Part shown: positions 56,001 to 64,000 of the stretch, in pieces
Layout: each line of letters opens with the position of its first letter
Position numbering within the stretch: the first letter of the stretch is position 1
Assembly (NCBI GenBank): GCA_051362555.1
Contig: CM120642.1
Span: forward strand, 10,044,001 to 10,108,000
Direction of reading: 5' to 3'
DNA length: 64,000 nucleotides
Origin: Lingula anatina
Lineage: Eukaryota > Animalia > Brachiopoda
Translations under genes and position numbers: made by a program
Notes under the pieces: generated by a model
What the model was told of the DNA's origin: nothing
What the model saw: the letters and a program-made list of their open reading frames with translations, nothing else
Databases searched by the model: none

Positions 56001-58808
56001 GTTGTTGTAAAATGCACAAGTGGCCACAAATGTTACAAAATTTATTGAATAAGTAAAATTGCAAAAAGGCACGTTCTGCTGCCTGTCCCATAACTGAATA
56101 TAGTTAATACCAAGTTATTATCACTTAAAATATTTTTAGTGCCACATTGATTCACGAGAAGAAGCAAGGCTGAAAAGGTGCTTCTGTTTTATTATGTTTG
56201 GGATCAAGTTAAGAAAAAAACTCTGGAATAATTCCAACAGTAGCTGTAGAATGTCAGTAGGTTTACTGTGTAAACAAAGTGGTAACAGGCTGATACACCA
56301 GTTGTACACGTATGCACTTCCAAACCAGTGGAACACATTGTCGGTATTTTGCACAACTTCAATGGTGAGCTAACACTGTTACCAGGATGAAAACATACCT
56401 TGATGTGTGTGGAAAAATCAGAAAGCAGAATCCAGTTGTGTGTGCATGCCACTTGTTTTATTTTCTTGAAGAAAAAACACATTAGAATTTGATCTCAAAA
56501 CCAATTTCATTTGCCACCTGTGTTTCTATCTGCAGACTGAAGAGGTTCAGAAAGTACAATCCACCGACTTGGTCCTCTGTTTTTTAAAACACGACACAAG
56601 CAATTCTTAAATTAATAAGTATTTTTCTTCTACGTCCACAGGTCTAGCAGGTTCAGATGACCCAAGTGGCCTGAGTGTACTGAAGGGGTCAAGGCTGAAA
56701 TCGGGCAGTTCTGAGGGCACAGCATCTACCTTGGACAACAGTCTGCAGTTCCTGAAGGGGTCCAGGTTGTTGACAGAAGAGTCTCAGTTGGGTATATTGA
56801 AGACTGATGAACTGAACCAGACCAATCTGCTTGCAGGTGGTCAACAGCCGCAAGAAGATGGTCATACAGAGGGGCAAACTGGTAAGAAAAATTTTTTTTT
56901 TTATTACCAATTCAATAGTCAAGGTGAGTGCATTTGTGTTTGAGTTAAAGTTTCGACAGATCCAGTTGGTAAGTGAGCCTAATTATTCCTTTGAGCAGAA
57001 GTCTTAAAAAACAAACACACTGTGGCTACATGATCAACTTGCTAACTGGTGAAAAAGTTCAGTTCGGTTTTTATCTGATTTGAAGCTGGTGAGGGGGTGA
57101 ACTTTTGCCAGTAAGATAGATTCAGTAATATATCAGGTTAAAGTCACAAGAGCTTTGTAAGATAGAGGTACAAACAGGTGGGTTATATTATTACAGTAGT
57201 GATTTACAGGTGTTTACAGTCAGTTTGCACTCATTATAACATCGGTGTTTGATTTAACTCTCTTTTGATGTACAGCAAAATTTGTCTTCGAACCCTTGAT
57301 CCCCAGGGTACATATTCCCAGGTTCTTTAACATAAGGATTAAAGATCCCCAGTAGTATTTTTTTCATCTGATGATTTATTGATGACTTAATTAGTAAGAT
57401 AAAGATTGATGTTGCCTTAAAGCGTGTGCAAATTAAGATACTATGGTTATGAACAATTATTGTGATCCTGCATTCTGCAGCTGGGTATACTCATTCTTTA
57501 CTGTCACTCTTGTTACCTTAAGGCAAAAATGGTATAATGTGCATTACTGAAATAATTGGCATGCTGAATTATGTGTTTTGACAGCATGTATGACCTTGTA
57601 CATGTAGTTGATGGGTGGCTGTATTTGCACTGTCATGGTCACTTCTAATTTCTCACCAGCAAGCTAGAGTGATAAGAATGATATTAATTAATTATTTCCT
57701 TAATGATCTTGACAAATTATGAACAGCTTGTTTTATCTTATAAAAATCTATAGTTTGAATCCATCCACATGCTACAGACAATCCCATGGGAGAAATCTCA
57801 CACTGTTTTAACTCACTGATATATCTGACAATTTTTTATGCATATTTATAGGATGATTACCTGCATGAAAGAAAAATGCAGCTAAACACCCACATGTATG
57901 CTATCGCCATGTGAAAACAATTTAACCACATGGACAGAGTTATGTAGAATTATTTAAATTGATACTTTCAGACACACTGTTCAAAGCCCCACCGAGTGCT
58001 GAGGCTGACTTCACACCTCCAATCTTCTCATCAACGCCAGCAGTGTTCAGGATCCCCAGCGCCCCAAAAGCCCCTTTATCCATGACAGATAGTAAAGAAA
58101 GCAAGGTGGTCGTCAAACTGTACAGCGACAATTACAATGACACAGGCACATTTGGGAAACAGAATGAAACATATGAAAAGCTGCCAACACCTGAGCCTGG
58201 AAGTAATGATAATGTACAAGAAGGTGATGTTTCAGTGAAATCAGATGCCAAAAGGTACGAGAAGGTCACAGGCGGTACAACTTATATAGAAAAAGATACA
58301 AAGGTGACAAGGAAGATGGATACAAAAATGACAATGATGACAGATACACAGGAAAATGACCTCACAGATGGCGAGGAAGACACTTGTGAGAAACTGACTG
58401 AAATACAAATGGACTTGGTGGATGACATTGACCAGGAATGTCACGACCTTGAAGGTCAAGGTCATATTACAGAAGATGAAGAAGCAGAAATGTTAAGCAG
58501 TATGGAAAAGGAGTATATAGCTCAGACTCAGCGACTGAGTGAGGAAGAAACGATGGATGAAGAAGAGGAGGAAGGAAACAGCGAGCCAAAACTCCTAACT
58601 CCTGTCACAGAAGAAAGTGAGACTGACAGCTTAAAGAAAGATACTGTAGAGCAGCTGCCATTGGACATACAGTTGGAGAAGAAGACTGGGGATATCATGG
58701 TGGATTCTGGCTTGGCCCAGTCTGTACATTCAGAGGGGGGTCTGGAGGTGAGGGGAAGAGGGAAAGAGAGACCATTGTCAATGATATCTGTTTCAAGTGT
58801 TGATACAG
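31285..58808 (+). CDS. CAP-Gly domain protein with multiple SxIP-like motifs (CLIP/restin-like plus-end tracking protein), 3'-partial
   Basis: join(31285-31287 inferred ATG-only exon, 53681-55163, 56642-56881, 57972-58808, ...). Phases 0/1/1/1 are consistent. No stop is reached and no further exon was found before 64000. Confidence 0.7.
33590..33880. repeat. Degenerate minisatellite (atgatttaagacct / gggtaggg units)
   Basis: tgatttaaga recurs near 33597, 33705, 33767 and 33799. Confidence 0.55.
37984..38037. repeat. (TA)n microsatellite
   Basis: Direct reading. Confidence 0.95.
38082..38304 (+). mobile_element. Short HINE family C nested in family A
   Basis: 5' ttacctc...ctctgcctaggaggttat, then tgtttgtctgtc, 3' subTIR ccttggcagaggt, then gcactctcggtgg and a CTAGT end in T-rich context. 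Confidence 0.7.
39738..39937. repeat. Tandem repeat, unit about 62-71 bp, 3 copies
   Basis: tgtattgact..gtatca.tgat.atactac...cattattt...tagataaca occurs three times. Confidence 0.85.
40425..40599. mobile_element. PIF/Harbinger-type MITE, 175 bp, long inverted repeats
   Basis: TTA|GGC...GCC|TTA; inverted arms ggactaactagtcc(t/a)agggtc(a/c)aatatggt. Confidence 0.8.
48349..48503. mobile_element. Possible old hAT-type MITE
   Basis: cagtccagg...cctgccctg ends; flanks tgtttaca / tattaaca match at 6/8 positions. Confidence 0.33.
53681..55163 (+). CDS. CAP-Gly protein large exon (AESRIP...LKVGDYVCISGKKCGVLRYFGRTHFVDGTFCGIELNEPEGKHDGEVGGVRYFTCRPMHGIFAP...)
   Basis: ttttag acceptor, 494 open codons, G|gtaggc donor, complete CAP-Gly signature at about 53921-54125. 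Confidence 0.92.
55195..55420. repeat. Diverged tandem duplication, period about 126 bp
   Basis: ctcactg.gaactgttca...gctctgttaaaa...atagaactttt...ggtaa.cattgcat at 55195 and 55321. Confidence 0.8.
56642..56881 (+). CDS. CAP-Gly protein internal exon (GLAGSDDPSG...TEGQT)
   Basis: ccacag acceptor, open in phase 1, G|gtaaga donor. Confidence 0.85.
57972..58808 (+). CDS. CAP-Gly protein acidic exon (DTLFKAPP...RPLSMISVSSVDT)
   Basis: tttcag acceptor, inside ORF 57959-58924, CAG|gtaagt donor. Confidence 0.88.
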
Positions 58809-60935
58809 GTAAGTTTTTTTTTTTTTTTCAGATCATAAGTAATTACAGGGATAAGAACTCTTCATTTTGGCAGGAAACTTGTGTGAAAGAGATTATTACA
58901 GAGGGTAGCCATCTTCCAGTATGAAGGTACATGTGGTCCCATGGCAAGCACAGATTTAAAATAGTTGCGAGAACTGCCATTCTGGCGATAAATTGGAATT
59001 ATTAAATATTTTTACAGTGGCTTTATTGTGGAATTTTTAATCTGAAATGAAGGGTTGTTATCCCTTTAAGCACCAACTGAATTACTAACTTAAAGGATTG
59101 AACTTTTTTTATTTTTATTTATTTTTGTAGAAAGGTAAAAATGTTTTGAAACTCACATATAGGCTTGGTTTATGCTAAGTTATGCCAGTTTTATGTTATG
59201 ATATCAAGTTATAAAGTTGATTAATTTTTAATTGCTGAGAGAGTTATGTACAATTTTTCTGTCAATATTGGATAATATACAGCAAAGCTAGATACTAAAT
59301 GCCAGTGTCTTTATTTTGTTATTTTCCACTAAGAATCAATCATGAATAATGTGTGCAGTTATTGCATATGACAAAAATTTGATTGTGTGGAAAGACACTG
59401 ATTCATTATGACACATAAAAAGTTTTACGTAATGATGCTGACATTAGTAACCAAGGAAGTTGATAACATTTGATTTTCCTTTTCAACATGAGAAAAGCCC
59501 TTCCATTAATGCTAGAAAATAATAGCAAGTAGATTTGCATTGCACTGTTTTCTTGGTGTGTTATTGTGTTACAGTGTATCCAAGATATGAATGAATTTCC
59601 ATATTTATGAAAAAAGCAATAGGAAAATGTTGGTTCTCTTAGATTGAGATAGAAATCGATGATTCGGGGAAAAGTTTTTATGGTGGGTTTTGTATTGATC
59701 ACAGCATGTTATGAAAATACAAATCTCTTATTTAAACAGTTAATGTAAATATAACATCAAAACATAACAATAAGCACTCTCATAAAAGTTTTTTTTGTTT
59801 TTGTTTTTCATTGCAGAAGGCAATTCAGTGAAATATTGATTGGAGTATAAGTTTTTGTATTTGTGTCGGTAGAGTAAGACGAGTTATAAGATTCAATAAT
59901 CTGAAGCATCTCCATTATATAATTTTATTTGCTTCTGTATAAATTTTAATATTCCAAGTTAAAGTATATTACACAGAAATAATGTACTTTTAAAGAAAGA
60001 CTTCATAGTCTCTGGATTGCAAAAACATAATTGCTGCTATGATCTAACAGAACTGCAAATTATCAAAGAAAACTATTTGCAATTTCAAATCAACCAATAT
60101 AACATGACAGTCTTTGAAAATAAGACATGATGAATGTATGTCATATGTATGAAGGATGACCCACGGCTGCACAAGCCAGTAATTTAGCCAGAGATATCAA
60201 AATGTGGCACATGTACGGAAGCTAGGTGGAATCATAATACATGTATATCTTATGAGCTGTGATATTTAAGTTCCACCCTTTCCTGATGTTACATATATCA
60301 TATTAAAACATCAAAGGATAAATTCATAAATCATCATTGCAGTTAAAGAAAATTAAAATGCCTAATGAAGGCATTGTGTGATCACAACATTTAAGACAAA
60401 ATGTAAGAAGACATCTGTGCATCAAGTGTTAAAATTATTGAAGCTAGCCATGATGTTGAATGATGTTACTTCTGAGAGGTTTACGGTAATTTGGTTTTGA
60501 TATGATTAAGAAGTTAAAGCAAAATACTTGGTTGGAAGACATGGCACTCATTCAAACCCCCAGATTGCCCAGAGGTGCCATAAAACACAGGTAAATTTGT
60601 AGGTTTTTTTTTATCAGCTCAGTGGATCAGACGTGTGATAAGAAACCACAGTGGGTGTAACTCTAACTGATTTAGCTGTCATTGCATGGTTAAGGTGAAA
60701 CCACAAGTTTGGTTATGTTACAAAGTTCTGCTTATAGACATGTTGTACCCTGTAGAGTGAGGTTGGGTGGATTTCTCTTTAGATATGGCCATTGGAGTCC
60801 CCCCTCCCCCCCTTTTACTGCCCATCTTCTTCCTCCCTCCCCCCACTCCTCTGTCTGTCTTTTAAGCTGTACCTGTTTAGTCTTTTTCCTTGTTCCTTTT
60901 ATGTTTCATCTCCTGACCCCTAACCCCTTCCTCCA

Positions 60936-60939
60936 CCTC

Positions 60940-60993
<54 letters not shown>
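60936..60993. repeat. (CT)n microsatellite at the end of a pyrimidine-rich tract
   Basis: Direct reading. Confidence 0.95.
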
Positions 60994-61002
<9 letters not shown>

Positions 61003-64000
61003 AAACAAATATATAAGTCTTCCAGTCTTACATAAAAAATCTCTCCTTCCTGGTATTTTTGCCTGCTAATATATTAATAGAACTGCAGGAGAGATGGAAA
61101 TAGACAGCCCAGGTATTATACATATATTTGGTACTGTGCAGGAAATATGGTGGAGGCTGCATAGCCTTCCACCCTGAAATGTAGCTCATCTGGAAACATG
61201 GTGATAGTGCTACTACTGCAGCAACAGTTGTATTGTAAAAGAGGCATGGTTGCTGTCACCATGTTGCAGCTATAATAAAAGACATGGGGATTAAAGATGG
61301 AGAGGTATTTATCACTAAGCAGATGTTCTGTAGGGAGCTAACAGCAGTGAGTAAGTACAGAAGAGAAGAAGCAGTATTTGTTTTCCCTTGAGTATAATTT
61401 TATGCTTCCATTTGAACAGTAATGCACCCAAATCAAACAGCATTGCTTTTAAGCACATTGTCAAAATTAGGTTTGCATTTTTCATAAAATTGTCATGCGA
61501 TAATATGGATATTTTAAGAGTGGTTCTTGGGACAGTAGATTGATGTTTCTCTGAAAGTAGACATAAAAGCAATTAATGCATTTATGAATTTGATTATTAT
61601 GATCATTAGGTAATATTTATGTTGATATTTAGGCCCTTCTTTATCTGATACCAAATGTTCATTGGCAAGTTCTCAAGGTGCTTTCTTAGATTTGTTCTGA
61701 CTTCAAAATCATAACAAATTCTGAAGGCTATGAGTTCTACATGCACATGCATGTATTTGTTGAAAATTAACCTAAAAATTTTACAGCATGTTATCCAAGC
61801 AGTGAATGGCATATTTTGGCTATTGCATGAAAATGTAGACTCTTCAAACTAACTGTTATCAAAATTATCAAAATATGATTAATATGAAGATGGCCTTGGA
61901 GGCCTTAATGCTTTTAAGGAAATAATACTTGATGTACCTATAGAATTGCCAGCTCCATGAATCCTTAAACAGGTCATAATATCACCTTAGAAATCTCTGA
62001 ATTATGCATTAAATCATTAGCAGTGGGAGAGGATGATCTATCCCATTTTGAAAGGTTATGACCGCACTCTGGCAGTGTGTTTATATATCATTTCTGTTTG
62101 AAAAAATATATTCAAGTAATTGAAGTAAGAAGCCTCTTTGCTAATGTCATTATGGATTAAGTGAGAAAAAAATTGTTTATAATTGTTTATAATTAAGCTG
62201 ATATTGAGTTGTGCACTGATAATAATGACAAGACTACTAAATGATAGGTATAATTGTATTTATTTAGTAATATATACAACTGTTGATGGCATTTGGTACC
62301 ACATATATACATGTATATTTACCTGACATATGTTACCTGACCATAGGACAGTGTTAGGACAGTCTAGCTGTTCAATACCTTGCTTAATCGTGCAGCAGAG
62401 CTGTAGCATGTTTAGGTGGCAAATGAAGCTGGAAAGCTACACTACTCCGGAGAATGTTTGCAAAAAAAGGCAATGGAACAGCATGACTTAAGCGCAGGCT
62501 ATAAAGTTTGAAATGTGGATGACATGTTGAACAATCCAGTCTGTGCCCAGTCTTTGTTACCAGTTTTTTTACTGTATTCACACTGAGCTTCAGGTTTCCT
62601 TGTGGGGTAATGTAGTCAACTTTTGCATTGCTTCTAGTGTTGTGTGTATTTATGGTGGGCTTTTCATAGGCTCTTACAAAAAAGATTGATACAAGATTGG
62701 TGTCTGTTTACAGTAATACCATCAAATTTCCTTTCATATATATGCTATAATTTGGATCATATGTACTATGACATACATATAATATTAGAACCCCATTTAA
62801 ACTTATCTGCTTGGTCTGACATAAGCTTAGAAAAGCTGTGTAATGGAACCAGCTTATTGATAATGGCCACCTAAACCTTTACTAAGCCACAATGGGAAGA
62901 TAAGTTCCTTGCTGCGTAACAGTTGTTCCACCCTAAATGTGGGCAGTGGAGCTCCGTATGCAAGATGCTGTAATCTATAATGCCTGATTACTGTTGTAGT
63001 TTTTCTCTTGGAAAATGTGGAATATGCCTCAGCAGGTTTCATTCATGTGTCTGTTTGGCTTAGAAATAGTATATTTTACGTACTGTCAGGAAAATATTGG
63101 ATGGAGGAATCTGTGTAGCAATTTACATCCAGGACTTCTTTTATGTTGAGAGATGAAATATAAGTTTGGAAGGCAAGGTAGGAATTGGTACATTTTTATA
63201 CCAGAAATGAGATCTTTTTTGTATAAAAAATTGCTTCTGTTAATTGATCTACTTGAGTTAGAGTTCATTCTATTTCCTCTGGATATTGGAAATTGGAAGT
63301 TAATTTCCAGAGGTTTTCATGAACATTAGAGAATTTGACAGAGAAGAGATTAGAAAAGATGGGAAATGGATACACTTGGTTATAGCTGTATATCAAAGAA
63401 AACTGTCACATTTCATGTTGTGTTTTATTTTGCGATCTTTGAAATCTTGCTCGAGACGAAGAATGCTGACTGGTCTCACTATAGTATAAAAATTTACTAA
63501 ACCCCATTAGCTGGAAAAATTTAAACAGCATCAGTCCTTTTCTCAAAATGGGTATAAATTGAACAGTAGAAAAATTGAATTATGTTTTGTATCATCAAAT
63601 TCTTTATTTGCTATCGCGGACCTCAGATGCATAGGGCTTTAAAAAGAACGGCAGCTGATATGATCCTATGTCACTTCCCTACTGCTTCAAAAGATACAGG
63701 TAACATCAACATCACACCTTAGAACTAACAATTATGAGGTTCACGTTGGTGCTAGTGATAAACACATGTAAACAAATCAGGGAGAAAAAAAACATGAAGG
63801 GAAATGGCAACCTTTTCATTGAGGAGCCAGTCATCAGAGAAGTAAATGGTGTGAATCAAGTGTAACAGAAAACTTTTTGTAGGTGATTCCTGGTGTTGAA
63901 AATACACAAACTTGCCAGATTAGGAACATTTCAGGCCAAAGGAGCATATATATATTAAAATGGTTACTTTATAGTAGCATGCCACGTTGACTGATAGACT

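Noticed and set aside
56536-56540. Upstream acceptor tctgcag|ACTGA giving an immediate stop in the CAP-Gly gene
   Set aside because: AG dinucleotides with short pyrimidine tracts are frequent by chance, and there is no homology evidence, unlike the Smad pseudo-exon.

Overview
AT-rich, intron-rich eukaryotic DNA, most likely from a spiralian invertebrate such as a mollusc (inferred from the Smad N-terminus and the repeat types, not proven). I reconstructed three spliced genes by hand. (1) A complete 15-exon GSTCD gene on the minus strand (CDS 11834->3430, 652 aa). (2) A complete BMP-type R-Smad, Smad1/5, on the plus strand (CDS 22042-28212, 5 coding exons, 451 aa); it is head-to-head with GSTCD across a CpG-rich promoter. 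(3) The 5' part of a large CAP-Gly plus multi-SxIP microtubule plus-end protein (exons 53681-58808, probable ATG-only first exon at 31285-31287), which appears to continue past the window. The introns hold many non-autonomous DNA elements: three copies of one Helentron-type (HINE) family, two other HINE families nested inside them, a TTAA-flanked Kolobok-like element, a 1.6-kb TIR element with a 7-bp TSD, and small MITEs. The most notable observations are a decayed duplicate of the first Smad linker exon that could act as a stop-containing alternative acceptor, a HINE carrying an array of perfect nuclear-receptor response elements in Smad intron 1, and start-stop uORFs in front of the ATG-only exon. 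I saw no rRNA, tRNA or CRISPR, and no clear multi-gene novel system.
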